A stretch of DNA of 64,000 nt, from positions 43,555 through 107,554 of the IMG/VR virus record IMGVR_UViG_3300028909_000018; one strand, written 5' to 3'. The position numbers and the translations under genes were made by a program. Below, one piece after another: positions 19,470 through 29,494 of the stretch. Origin of the DNA: a virus. The notes under the pieces are model-generated. The model ran no database searches. It was not told where the DNA came from and saw nothing but the letters and a program-made list of their open reading frames with translations. Within the stretch, counting starts at the first letter, position 1, and each line of letters starts with the position of its first letter.

Positions 19470-19859
19470 CTACTTCAAAGACTTCAAACATGCAAGCAAA
19501 AACCCCTGCACGTCTTCAAAATTATTCTGGTCATTCAAACGGTCGATTCCGTTATATCCGTTAAGATAGGACATTCTGTTAAGAAAAGCTAACGTTTTTG
19601 TGTCGGCATCTAGCCTATAGGCGGCACCAAGAATACAAAACTTACAGGCATCTGCACTGGAAGGATCGAATAGATGTATGTTATTTATATCCTTTGCGAG
19701 AGCATATTGACACCAATTCTCTTCTTTTTTGATTAATTCTGAAATATTTTCGATATCGGTACGAATAACCAGCTTGGCCTCTTCATAGTCTTTGTTAATG
19801 ACAGGTTTCCTAGAAAAAGTCTTTGAAAGCCGACTTGTCAAGTTTCTTACTAGTATCAT
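19470..19859 (-). CDS. hypothetical phage protein (A.KFC..GA motif)
   Basis: W.Q..LA.D...A.KFC.LGA...ND motif; start uncertain. Confidence 0.6.
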   Translation of the reverse strand: MILVRNLTSRLSKTFSRKPVINKDYEEAKLVIRTDIENISELIKKEENWCQYALAKDINNIHLFDPSSADACKFCILGAAYRLDADTKTLAFLNRMSYLNGYNGIDRLNDQNNFEDVQGFLLACLKSLK

Positions 19860-21192
19860 TTATAAATCTTTCCTTCTCTTCCTTAGTGTTGGACATGGTA
19901 TTCTGGTCTGTCGCGCCGAGATTGAACAACTGCATCTTGGCCTTGTTAATCCCGACGAGAAACTTCTTATAGGTGTTCACGTCGTTATATCTATTTTTAA
20001 TTTGAACGAACTGCATCTGACGATCCCGCTCTAGCTCTTCTGACGACATGAGAGCCCAGATATGATCCGCCGTCATGGCGGTGCCAAAACTTTCAGAAAC
20101 ATCTTCCATGCCGGGATCAGACGAGGTATAACCCGATCTATTAAATTGAGTCGCGGTGATAATCGGCACCGAGAATTCAACCGATAGACCACGTATTTCT
20201 TCACCCACCACCTTGACATATTCATAAATGCTGCCACCACCCATCTTCATGGTGGAGGAAAGACAGATATTCAGATAATCAATATAGATGATGTCGGGAA
20301 CGAAATTCTTCTTTAATTTCAATTCCTTGATAACGGCCCGAAAGTTGGCCGAGCCAGCCTGTCGGGTAGGATATTCCTTGACGACTAGCCGTCCTGTCGT
20401 CTTGGCCTTCAATCTATTGATACTATTAACGAAATGTTCCTTTGGAAGCATTAGAAGTTGATCAACGTCCAAGTCCAGAATGTTCTCGTCAATACGCTGG
20501 GAAATCATCTCTTCAGACATTTCCAAGGTGATATAAAGGACGTTCTTTCCCTGAAGAAGATTATTGGCGGCGAAGGCACACATGACGAAGGATTTACCGA
20601 CACCGGGACCGGCCATCAGGATCGTCAACGTCTTCTGAGACACGCCCCCCTTGGTGATCTTATTTAAGATATCGATATCAAAAGAAATCTTGTTCTGAAT
20701 CTGGTGATAATATTCAAAACGAGACTCGGCATCATCAAGATAATCATGCCCAATACTGTTGTCGAAAGTGATGGCACAGGCCTGCGACATGATGTCTGGA
20801 ATAGCGCCACGATCAAGCTTACCATCCTTGTCGTCGCAAATCTGAATAGACTTCAGGAGGGCTAGGTAGATGGCCCTGTTCTTGGCGAATTTCTCCGTCT
20901 CATTGAAGAGCCAATCAACGCTTGTGGCCGGATCAATCTCCAGTTCATCCACAATTTTCTTGCACTCTTCAAATTGTGTGTCATTGACCTTATCCTTGTT
21001 GGAAAGATCGATCCATGCTGCTTCTTTTGAAGGTAGTGTGTTATATTTCGCGATGTAGCTACCAATAACGTCAAAGACGATCCTATCATGAGCATCCTCG
21101 AAATATTCCGGCTTGATATATGGAAGTACCTTCCTCGTGTACTGTTCATTGAACATGAGGTTGGATAAGATGATCCTATCGAAATTGATGAT
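19810..21192 (-). CDS. 41: replicative DnaB-like helicase gp41 (apparent ATC start)
   Basis: GPGVGKS, YITLEMSEE, KEYPT, IDYLNI, ATQ.NR, SESFG, KNRY. Confidence 0.95.
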   Translation of the reverse strand: MINFDRIILSNLMFNEQYTRKVLPYIKPEYFEDAHDRIVFDVIGSYIAKYNTLPSKEAAWIDLSNKDKVNDTQFEECKKIVDELEIDPATSVDWLFNETEKFAKNRAIYLALLKSIQICDDKDGKLDRGAIPDIMSQACAITFDNSIGHDYLDDAESRFEYYHQIQNKISFDIDILNKITKGGVSQKTLTILMAGPGVGKSFVMCAFAANNLLQGKNVLYITLEMSEEMISQRIDENILDLDVDQLLMLPKEHFVNSINRLKAKTTGRLVVKEYPTRQAGSANFRAVIKELKLKKNFVPDIIYIDYLNICLSSTMKMGGGSIYEYVKVVGEEIRGLSVEFSVPIITATQFNRSGYTSSDPGMEDVSESFGTAMTADHIWALMSSEELERDRQMQFVQIKNRYNDVNTYKKFLVGINKAKMQLFNLGATDQNTMSNTKEEKERFINDTSKKLDKSAFKDFF

Positions 21193-21206
21193 GAAGTTCC
21201 TTCTAA

Positions 21207-22100
21207 TTACCTATTTTTAGGAACGTAACATCCGGTCTCTTGAAAACCTGGGAAGGCCTTCGGAGTTGAATTCTGGATGAAAATCCCTCTTTTTCTTAGA
21301 CCCTGAATTGTATCATAGTTCAAGACGGCAATCCAGACCGGATTTGAATTTCTTTCAAAATCCACATTGACGGTATCAAATTTGACATCCTCACCGAATC
21401 CGGTTCCCAGACTGGCGGTAGCATCCATATCACTCGCATAGGTGATGATGGTTCTGCCGCTAGTCTTCACTTCATTACCAACAAAACCTGTTGAATTTCT
21501 AAGAGCACCCATATTTTGAGCAGGCACGGCGCTAGAGCAATACATCTGCTGCGATGACTGACTCAAACCGACCCCACCCATCGTGGTGATGGGTCTATCA
21601 CTACTCCACATCGGAAAATTACCAAACTGTGGCTGGGGATATACATACGCATTAGTATGTAAATAACGAACCACTGGCGTCACAGGAGGAATGTATCTTT
21701 CCTCAAACACCATGCAACCTATCACACCTTGGTTAGAAGTGTCAACATCAAACCCCTCTGATTTTAGAATTTCTACGTAGGTGGTATTGGCCTTGGCATC
21801 CTGTGGTCTAAACTGGAATGCAGCAGCCTTGTTGGAGTTGATCTTCCAGCCGGGAATGGTGACATAACTATAAGGTCCAACAATATATCCTGTTGACTTA
21901 TCGGATGCCGTCTTGCCTTCAATAACGTCAAGACCATCGACCGAAAATACGACTTCTACTTTTCTGTGGGTTTTGTTGTAAAAATACAACTCATATTCTG
22001 TGCCTTTTCGGCCCTCGACGTAGGTGTCGGCACCATGTTCATATTCTTTTAATGGAGCATTCTTAACACGGACTTCGAACGTAAACTTAGAGCATTGCAT
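21207..22100 (-). CDS. conserved hypothetical protein
   Basis: SVDGLDV..GK...GY...IPGW, GVIG..VF.E, LGTGFG motifs; AAGGAG RBS. Confidence 0.7.
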   Translation of the reverse strand: MQCSKFTFEVRVKNAPLKEYEHGADTYVEGRKGTEYELYFYNKTHRKVEVVFSVDGLDVIEGKTASDKSTGYIVGPYSYVTIPGWKINSNKAAAFQFRPQDAKANTTYVEILKSEGFDVDTSNQGVIGCMVFEERYIPPVTPVVRYLHTNAYVYPQPQFGNFPMWSSDRPITTMGGVGLSQSSQQMYCSSAVPAQNMGALRNSTGFVGNEVKTSGRTIITYASDMDATASLGTGFGEDVKFDTVNVDFERNSNPVWIAVLNYDTIQGLRKRGIFIQNSTPKAFPGFQETGCYVPKNR

Positions 22101-22164
22101 GTGTTTCTCCTTCTGAGACTGCCTAGGAACTTACTTTCCTGCCTAGGACTTGATGCATCTCTAT

Positions 22165-22512
22165 TTATAGGACTTCCACATGCAAAACTGCGGTTCCGGC
22201 CTCCAAAAACCCCAAAACATTTGCGACACCCTTGGAACAGTCAAGGTCTCTGCCTCTAACGAACGGTCCACGATCAGTAACGGTGGCGACAACGGTCTTC
22301 CCATTTCTTAAATTTGTCAGCCTGACTCTGGTTCCTAGTTTCAGACTTCGGTGTGCGACGGTAAGCCCATTAGGATTCCAGTGGGCTCCATTGGCCGTAA
22401 ATTTACCTGATTCGCTTCCATACCATGACGACAGAGTATTAAATTCCTGATGCCCCGCCTGCGCCTTCACCATCAAAAAGATAACAATGATAAAGGCGTA
22501 GAGGAACTTCAA
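22165..22512 (-). CDS. RlpA-like double-psi beta-barrel lytic transglycosylase
   Basis: SWYG..TANG...T.AHRSL.LGT.V..TN..NG..V...V.DRGPF; signal peptide. Confidence 0.88.
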   Translation of the reverse strand: MKFLYAFIIVIFLMVKAQAGHQEFNTLSSWYGSESGKFTANGAHWNPNGLTVAHRSLKLGTRVRLTNLRNGKTVVATVTDRGPFVRGRDLDCSKGVANVLGFLEAGTAVLHVEVL

Positions 22513-22732
22513 CTAATCTCTCCGGGAACCAACGAGCCATCGAAGAAGAATTCCTTCTCCATGACCCTAACAATCCCCTCTCGATCCTTAAAAATAATCA
22601 TTGTGATATAATCGAAGGTACGGTCGGGGAGCAGCTTGGAGTAGATGCCCTCACCAATGATTTTATATGATTCATTCAGAACCAAATCCTTGTAATATTC
22701 ACCAATATATGGCTGTCTCAAATAATGTGATT

Positions 22733-25447
22733 TCAAAATGTACATCCTCCCGCGACACAGGCCAATTCCTGCGTATTTGTTGTTGAGTCTTCCTTCTCGA
22801 ATTCAACCAGTGACGACCAGTCAACGTTCTGAGGCATCTTCGCCACCAGACTTTCATATTCTTCTGAATTACACTCGGTGAATGGTGCCTGCTGATAGAC
22901 AGTATCACCCTCTTCGGCAGGCAAGAACGAAACGCCGCTCATCCATTCAAAGTTTTTATAGACCCATGCGCCGACTTCCAACCATTCATCTTCCTTGACG
23001 GAGATGGTGACGGAAGGCTTATGCTCACAATAATCCTTCTGATAGGCCAACCAAAGTTCAAGATGTTCGATGGCCGAGATTTCCTTACGCCCGATGGAGC
23101 CGGGAGCAGACTTGATTGGAAATTTAAAACAGACGACATTCTTTGGGTCCATCACATCAGTCTCCCATGGGAAGCCAGCATCCATCATGAACTTCGTCAG
23201 AGGGTCTTTCAGATCGTTTCTCACATACCGCACATAGGTTGGTGAGTAGGATGGATGGAAGCCTGATGAGGTTCCGTTGAAGGCCGACGAGGTACCTTCT
23301 GGCTTGATACAGGTGATGGCGACGGAGGCATTGATGCCGATTTCCTTGGCCACCTTCATATTTGTTCTGATGGCTTCCGCCTTCATAGAAGTTCGGAAAT
23401 TTTCAAAATCAAATTGAGCATTTTCATCAAACTCATTATTCTCATAGGCCTGACCATTCGTCCAACCATTATCGAAGACGCCATTGAGAGAGACACCCAG
23501 CAAACGCTCTTCCTCACAATTACGCTGCCACTTCTTTTTCAGATATTTAAAATCTGTGAAGCAAGACTGGAAGGTGCCAAGGATCGTCGCCAACTTGATT
23601 TTATTCAGGATGGATTGCTTACTGTCATCCTCATAAATCTGGACTGATGTCAGGTTACAGAATTCATAGGGACGTAGAATGATTTCCGCGCAATTATGGA
23701 CAACAATAAAATCTGCAATAAAATTATGAGTGTCTTCCACACTAAGATCATAAACATCTGTAATCGGTCCTTCTTGAATAGAAATTACATTTGCATATTG
23801 ATGTAAATTGCTTTTTAAATCTTCTGGGATAGGAATAATTACCTTGGCCCCATGTCTAGAATTTTCGGGAGAAATAAATCCAATATTATTTACACATTTA
23901 TCATTATATCCCACAACCCCATGATTATTTGGCTGTTCTATGCCGGTTAAACGCGCATGATCTTCATGAGACAAACATTCTAAATTATCAATATCATTAT
24001 TATATGTATCTCCATCAATATGATGTACATCATATCCGACAGGAATTTTTCCATAGTAAGCCTCGAAAACTAATCTATGTTCCATCACAATTTCTTGTTT
24101 TGTTTGTGTGGTTAATTTTACACCAGAATATGCTGCCCCCCTACGATTTCTGGTAAGATGAACTACTCTATCACCAATTTTTATATTCTGTGCTTCCAGC
24201 CACCCACGACCTTCTACATAAATCTTATGGTCGGGTGTACAAATCAATTCTTTACAAGAAGAAATTGTAATTTTCAATGTATTAGCCTTTTTCTTACTAA
24301 TCCAAGAAGCAGAAGAATTTCTAATACAAAGTTTACCATTTTTGTCCATAGAATAAACCATGGTTGGTTCCTTAATATCTTTAATTTTTACTCTTCCATG
24401 GATCGTTTCGACCATACTATCGGGATGAAGACATGGATTTACCCCGAATTCATGGTTGGTGTCACGTTGCGGAGCATCCTCAAAGTTGATTGAACGATAT
24501 TCGTTGGCGTTGTCAATCACGCGCCTGATGGCCTTGCGGGAGACGATCCCACGTTCCCCAGAATGAGACTCGTAAAGGCTCAACCATTCCTTCATGAAGA
24601 CGCCCATGTCGGGCTTCTCATTATATACAGCCGAGTTATTGGCGAGGCGACGATAAGGATTGGTCTTCCACCACGTCCCGCTCTTGGCGTCGCGCATACG
24701 GTCATCATTAAGGTCGGAGAGCGAGATAAGCGCCGAACGACGCACACCACCAACCACGACGATATCCGCCACCTTACAGGCTATATCATGTGCCTCTAGC
24801 GTGGTGAGACGACGACCAGCCGCCTTCTTGAAGGTGTTGAGTGTGAAGCGTAGAAGTTCGACCAATGGGTCCGGTCCACTAGAACGACCACCCATGGTCT
24901 TCAGACGAGCCCCGGCAGGCCGAAGCTTGCTCACGTCCCACTTGGGTATTTGACCAATCATCAACAGGCTCAAAAACTCGCGGTAGCCCTTGGACCAGCC
25001 AAGGCGAGAGTCATCAAAGATGATGGTTGTGTCTGACTCAAAGAAGGTGTCGGGCAACTCAGGAAGCTGCTTGACGTTATCCGACTCGACGGAATAGCCG
25101 ACGCCTGTGCCTGACATGAGGATGGCCATTTCCTCATCGAACGACTTCATGTCATCCATCGGAAGGTAGGCGCAATTATACAGGGCGACATGGTTCTTCT
25201 TCGCGGCGGGACCAGCCGTCATCAGAGCCCTCATCGAAGGCATGATATCATGGTTCAGAACGGCATTGTATAATTCGTCATAGTAAGGAGCGATATCGTA
25301 GTTATGCTTCTCCTTCAAAGACTCCCCAATGAAATCAAAGTATCTTTTTACGGTCTCTGACCAAGTCTCTCGTCTATTCTTACTATCAATGTATCGTGCA
25401 TACCGGCTCGTAAAAATGAACTGTGAATATAGTGAATCCTTAAACAT
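22733..25447 (-). CDS. nrdJ: class II (B12-dependent) ribonucleotide reductase with intein
   Basis: PSMRALM.AG, YNC, G.GVG, VVVGGVRRSA.I, NP|CAEI, CNL, TCIKPEGT, C-terminal C.GG.C. Confidence 0.92.
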   Translation of the reverse strand: MFKDSLYSQFIFTSRYARYIDSKNRRETWSETVKRYFDFIGESLKEKHNYDIAPYYDELYNAVLNHDIMPSMRALMTAGPAAKKNHVALYNCAYLPMDDMKSFDEEMAILMSGTGVGYSVESDNVKQLPELPDTFFESDTTIIFDDSRLGWSKGYREFLSLLMIGQIPKWDVSKLRPAGARLKTMGGRSSGPDPLVELLRFTLNTFKKAAGRRLTTLEAHDIACKVADIVVVGGVRRSALISLSDLNDDRMRDAKSGTWWKTNPYRRLANNSAVYNEKPDMGVFMKEWLSLYESHSGERGIVSRKAIRRVIDNANEYRSINFEDAPQRDTNHEFGVNPCLHPDSMVETIHGRVKIKDIKEPTMVYSMDKNGKLCIRNSSASWISKKKANTLKITISSCKELICTPDHKIYVEGRGWLEAQNIKIGDRVVHLTRNRRGAAYSGVKLTTQTKQEIVMEHRLVFEAYYGKIPVGYDVHHIDGDTYNNDIDNLECLSHEDHARLTGIEQPNNHGVVGYNDKCVNNIGFISPENSRHGAKVIIPIPEDLKSNLHQYANVISIQEGPITDVYDLSVEDTHNFIADFIVVHNCAEIILRPYEFCNLTSVQIYEDDSKQSILNKIKLATILGTFQSCFTDFKYLKKKWQRNCEEERLLGVSLNGVFDNGWTNGQAYENNEFDENAQFDFENFRTSMKAEAIRTNMKVAKEIGINASVAITCIKPEGTSSAFNGTSSGFHPSYSPTYVRYVRNDLKDPLTKFMMDAGFPWETDVMDPKNVVCFKFPIKSAPGSIGRKEISAIEHLELWLAYQKDYCEHKPSVTISVKEDEWLEVGAWVYKNFEWMSGVSFLPAEEGDTVYQQAPFTECNSEEYESLVAKMPQNVDWSSLVEFEKEDSTTNTQELACVAGGCTF
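23693..24433 (-). mobile_element. intein with HNH homing endonuclease (247 aa)
   Basis: begins C-LHPDS, TPDH block B, VYDLSVEDTHNF..VHN/C end; HRLV...HHIDG..NN..NL HNH motif; AT-rich insert. Confidence 0.92.
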
Positions 25448-25790
25448 CTTGCTCCTTATTATTTTTATTTTTTATGAAATCTCTGTAATCGTCTTTTAAA
25501 TCACCGTTGTCGTCATAACAACCATATCCATTGTTGACGTATTGATCATATGCTTCTAACACGGATACTGGTAACGGCGGTTCTTTTTCTTTTCTTGTGA
25601 TTATTACTTCTTGTGTATAGAAGTTTCCATCATAATCACAAAGACATTCACCTATCACATAATGTTGAAAAACTACCTTCCAAATACTAGACTTGATTTG
25701 TTGACGTGTATACTCATTATTAGGTTCGAAGAGATGATAAGAAACAGCCGCCTTTATATCTTCAATAAAATTTAGTGGTGTTTCACTCAT
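25440..25790 (-). CDS. small protein with a tail-sheath-like LFEPNN..TR segment
   Basis: YHLFEPNNEYTRQQI resembles gp18 YRLFELNNAFTR. Confidence 0.55.
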   Translation of the reverse strand: MSETPLNFIEDIKAAVSYHLFEPNNEYTRQQIKSSIWKVVFQHYVIGECLCDYDGNFYTQEVIITRKEKEPPLPVSVLEAYDQYVNNGYGCYDDNGDLKDDYRDFIKNKNNKEQDV

Positions 25791-26740
25791 AACGTTTGCT
25801 CGATAATCTTACGGTACTGAATCCATGGAAAGGCCAGATTACTTCTGATATAATCATCGTCTCCACCATATCCCGTAGGGTCTTCTGTCCATGTCGCCAT
25901 CTTGGCCTGATGCTCGAAAGGACTTGCATGAATTGGATTGGCGTCACGAAGCAATTCAAACCGTTGAAATTCCTTTTCCAGACTGGCGTTACCGTCGAAA
26001 GGAGCGTAAGAAACTCTGGCGCATCTGGCGACGGAAAGCTTCAGAAGTGGAATATATAATTCTTCTCCATTATGTTGATTATCATTTTCCAAAATAGAAG
26101 TATAATCATCTACAGAAATATAAGGAAGATGCCACTCCGTTGGATAAAGAACTTGGTATACGCCTTTAGTTTTTTCTTGGATGACCCGAGCGATTTCCTT
26201 GTCCATGACCTTGGCCAACTCGCGGATTTCCGGCATGGCGTCTTTATGAATACGGAGGGCGAAGTAGTTATCCCAATCGGTGGCGGTGATCAGCGTATCA
26301 ATGTAGCCGAACCACTCCAGAGGACGATTGGCCCACTGTTTATGAACACCCTTGTATGACAACCACTTGGAGAAACGTTGTGTCTCCTTGGCGAAACGAT
26401 TCCATTCCTTTTGAATTTCGTCCTGCTCTTCGATAGAAAACTTTTCAAAAGATTGCATTCCCGGCTGATTTTTCATGAAGTAGGGTGTATAAATTTCTTC
26501 TGCCAGTAAATTCTTTACAGGCACGGCCCGACTAGAACGAGCGTTGCGTGAAAATGCCCTATGCGTTATTACTTCAGAATGAATGATGCGTGGATAGCGG
26601 ATTTGGATTGTGATAAGCGGTTTACCACATGAAGGCCAAGAAGTAAGTGTTTTACCACCTAAAGAATCGAAAGTAAGTGTTTTACCACATGAAGGCTCGG
26701 AAATAAGAATTACCTTAGCCTGAAAATCAGTCTCTTTCAA
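25787..26740 (-). CDS. thyX: flavin-dependent thymidylate synthase (phage Thy1 type)
   Basis: PR.IHSE..THR.FSRN..SSRA.P, HKQ.ANR.LE, SVARCARVSY, HASPFEHQA. Confidence 0.88.
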   Translation of the reverse strand: MKETDFQAKVILISEPSCGKTLTFDSLGGKTLTSWPSCGKPLITIQIRYPRIIHSEVITHRAFSRNARSSRAVPVKNLLAEEIYTPYFMKNQPGMQSFEKFSIEEQDEIQKEWNRFAKETQRFSKWLSYKGVHKQWANRPLEWFGYIDTLITATDWDNYFALRIHKDAMPEIRELAKVMDKEIARVIQEKTKGVYQVLYPTEWHLPYISVDDYTSILENDNQHNGEELYIPLLKLSVARCARVSYAPFDGNASLEKEFQRFELLRDANPIHASPFEHQAKMATWTEDPTGYGGDDDYIRSNLAFPWIQYRKIIEQTL

Positions 26741-26781
26741 AAATAGCTCCTTGGTGTGTTGGTTATTTATCGATTTTGGGT

Positions 26782-27792
26782 TTATGAGAAGTTTCGCGAG
26801 ATAATCTCTGCTTGGGCTCTAAGTCCTTGGAAAGTATGAGAAGAAATGACTTCTTCGACATATTTTACGGACAGACCCCCTAAAATCATCGCATTGATAT
26901 CTTTTTTTTGTATGGACCGTGGCCAGATGACCACTTTATATCCCGCCTTGATGGCCTTCTCGATTTTCTTCTTGGTTTCGGGATGCCGAGGCTCATTATC
27001 ATAACAAAAAACAAGGTTCTCTTTGTCGAAATTCTTCATGGATGATACCATGTCATTACCCAGCGTGGCAAGAGAATTTTCTAAAAATAGAGCATCTAAT
27101 GGACCTTCTAAAACGATAGTGGTCTTGGTCTTATCCCATCGTTCTAGGCCGAAGACATGCGGCACATTCTCGTCAAGAATAATATTGATATACCGTTGAC
27201 TGTTTTTTGGATCGAGGGATCGACCAGCAAAGCCGAAGAAGTCGCCACTCTCCGACAGGAAGGGGATCACCAGCCGCTCTTCGTCATGCTTCAATGCTCC
27301 CTCACTGAATTTATTAGGAATCAAATCATTTGTATATTTTCGAAAGTTGGGACACTTGAACAGCAACCCCAGACGATTCTCTGGAATCTTTCTCCCAAGC
27401 ACATACTGTTTCATGGCGTCGTCGTCAGGAAGGTCTTTAATCGAGCAGAGAGAAGGCGTGACCAGCTTCGACTTGAATTCTGGTGCCTTGGTCTTATAAT
27501 CCAAGACCTGTTCCTTCTTGGGTCTAAAAAGCTTCTCGCGGATATATTCCCTGAAGAGACTGGCGTCTTGATCGTTGAGAAAATCATCGAAGCTGCGGGA
27601 CTTGCCACACTTATGACACTTAAAAAATGTTGTTCCGTCATGTTCGAACACGTCACCACGAGCCCTACGCGGATTGCGCTTGGAGTCTCCACAATATGGA
27701 CATGAGAAATTATAGAGATTGTCGGATTTCTTTTTGAAATTTCTAAGCTGGGCCGACACGAAGCTAAGATATTTAATTACTAAATAATTCAT
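26782..27792 (-). CDS. 61: DNA primase gp61
   Basis: CPYCGDS..C..C Zn ribbon; EGPLD..F, DNEPR, KDIN.M TOPRIM. Confidence 0.95.
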   Translation of the reverse strand: MNYLVIKYLSFVSAQLRNFKKKSDNLYNFSCPYCGDSKRNPRRARGDVFEHDGTTFFKCHKCGKSRSFDDFLNDQDASLFREYIREKLFRPKKEQVLDYKTKAPEFKSKLVTPSLCSIKDLPDDDAMKQYVLGRKIPENRLGLLFKCPNFRKYTNDLIPNKFSEGALKHDEERLVIPFLSESGDFFGFAGRSLDPKNSQRYINIILDENVPHVFGLERWDKTKTTIVLEGPLDALFLENSLATLGNDMVSSMKNFDKENLVFCYDNEPRHPETKKKIEKAIKAGYKVVIWPRSIQKKDINAMILGGLSVKYVEEVISSHTFQGLRAQAEIISRNFS

Positions 27793-27844
27793 CTACCCTC
27801 CAATGGAAGGTGGAAGATATTCCCGTTTTAGAAGTTTGTCAAGA

Positions 27845-28249
27845 TCATTCCATGATCTGGTCGGAATGAATTTTTTGAAGGGATATGTGCGGCACCTTGT
27901 TCAAGACGAGGACATTTATGAAGTTTAGATATACACTATATTTTACCAATGAGGCCGACAACACCCACATGGCCAAAACAACATGGCTGGAATTATGAAT
28001 ATAATTAAAATAACCATCAATACATGTGACGACACCTAACATCATCTGACAGTAGAGACCCAACTGACCTACCTTCACCGTCCATTTTCCTATAATATTA
28101 CTTTCCGAAGAAGAAAATATATCCCACTTGGCACGTTGAATAATGCAGGCAAAGGTGATTCCAATGCCTGCTGTCATCTCGATGATATTCCAAAAATCTA
28201 TAGGTAAAATATAGATGAAGAATAAATTAAAGTTGTCTATGAAGTTCAT
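27845..28249 (-). CDS. membrane protein
   Basis: three hydrophobic segments; overlaps the holin-like gene. Confidence 0.55.
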   Translation of the reverse strand: MNFIDNFNLFFIYILPIDFWNIIEMTAGIGITFACIIQRAKWDIFSSSESNIIGKWTVKVGQLGLYCQMMLGVVTCIDGYFNYIHNSSHVVLAMWVLSASLVKYSVYLNFINVLVLNKVPHISLQKIHSDQIME

Positions 28250-28656
28250 CCTCTAGTCCCACCCTTTTCCTTTTCCTTTTTCCATGGAATGATACGATCA
28301 ATAATTGTGGCCACAATTTCTGAAAATGTATTTGTTCTAAGATTTCTAATCATATATTGTGTGATATTCACACCGAACATAGATAAAAAGAATGAGGCGG
28401 CAATCTGCGGCATCAGCGGTTCCCATGTGTGAATAATCTGAGAGCCAAATATACCGAAGAATAATCCGATCATCACATTAATAAAGATATTAAATATAGA
28501 TTGATCCTGCCCAAGGGAAACAGTCAGAAGTGATCCGCCGAGAGAGACAACCCAGATACCAACAGACGGTTCGATACCGGACCCGAGCATAACTAAGGCC
28601 CCCCCCACTATCGAAACAAAATATTTTATACCAAAAAGGTGACTCCAATCTATCAT
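28246..28656 (-). CDS. holin-like membrane protein
   Basis: 3-4 TM segments, basic C-terminus. Confidence 0.5.
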   Translation of the reverse strand: MIDWSHLFGIKYFVSIVGGALVMLGSGIEPSVGIWVVSLGGSLLTVSLGQDQSIFNIFINVMIGLFFGIFGSQIIHTWEPLMPQIAASFFLSMFGVNITQYMIRNLRTNTFSEIVATIIDRIIPWKKEKEKGGTRG

Positions 28657-28657
28657 C

Positions 28658-29053
28658 TCATTCTCCTTCTTGGCTTACGTCTTTTTTCTTTTTCTTTTTC
28701 TGTCCCAAAAGTGGATCGAAAGTCTGAATTGGCCCCTGTGTCGATGACGAGTTTCCCATGGCGTTAGTAGGTGCCTCACCGTCTTCATTCATCTTCAGAC
28801 GATGCTTGTAACGCTGGAGCAGGGAAGGCTTCTTACGCTTACCCATCAACTCGACACCCTCACCAAAAATTTTCTTTAGTTCTGATTGATCCTTCTTCTC
28901 AATCTTGTCATGGGCAAGAGAGATGAATTTACGATGTTTTTGAATAAGAGCCTGATTTGCCTTACCAGAAATGTAAGACTTCATTTGCTTTTCCAGCGTC
29001 TTGGTGATGAATTTATCCAGAGTCTTATTATCTAGTTCGTTGATTTGAGACAT
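28658..29053 (-). CDS. probable head/internal protein
   Basis: INELD..TL..F..K and E.APTN motifs seen in T4-like head-associated proteins. Confidence 0.55.
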   Translation of the reverse strand: MSQINELDNKTLDKFITKTLEKQMKSYISGKANQALIQKHRKFISLAHDKIEKKDQSELKKIFGEGVELMGKRKKPSLLQRYKHRLKMNEDGEAPTNAMGNSSSTQGPIQTFDPLLGQKKKKKKDVSQEGE

Positions 29054-29078
29054 GACTTTTCCTTAGAATGAATGTCTC

Positions 29079-29477
29079 CTATTTATCCCTTGAAAATTCT
29101 CTAAGTTTGGTGATGATTACTTCATCCATCTGGATATCCGTCGTGTCAAATATTTTTCCATCAACCGAATCGACTATAACAGGGAGTATATTTAAATATA
29201 CTAGGAAGGGTTTAATATATTTCATCTGATCAATCATTTTCAAAAATAACATTCTATTTAAAAATTTCGGCCCGAATACATTATTTAAAATAATGATGTG
29301 ATTTAGGACTAGCCTTTCGTCTATATTCTTACTGGACTCATACCTTGTAAAAATCTTCTTAAGGTATTTGATACGCTTAAGGTCGTCTAGAAATTCCTCC
29401 GTCCCGCTACATTGTGCGTTTCGGTAGTGTGTGGCACAGAGAAGTAAATAGTTGTCGTGAGTTAAATTGTCCTTCAT
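29079..29477 (-). CDS. conserved T4-like hypothetical protein
   Basis: EF.DDLKRIKY.K...RY....ERL.LNHII.L.NVFG; exact TATAAATA upstream. Confidence 0.8.
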   Translation of the reverse strand: MKDNLTHDNYLLLCATHYRNAQCSGTEEFLDDLKRIKYLKKIFTRYESSKNIDERLVLNHIIILNNVFGPKFLNRMLFLKMIDQMKYIKPFLVYLNILPVIVDSVDGKIFDTTDIQMDEVIITKLREFSRDK

Positions 29478-29494
29478 AACAACTATTTATAGTA

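Noticed and set aside
19792-19812. Functional amber readthrough of gp41 or glutaredoxin
   Set aside because: Only about four extra codons precede the next stop, with no recognisable extension.
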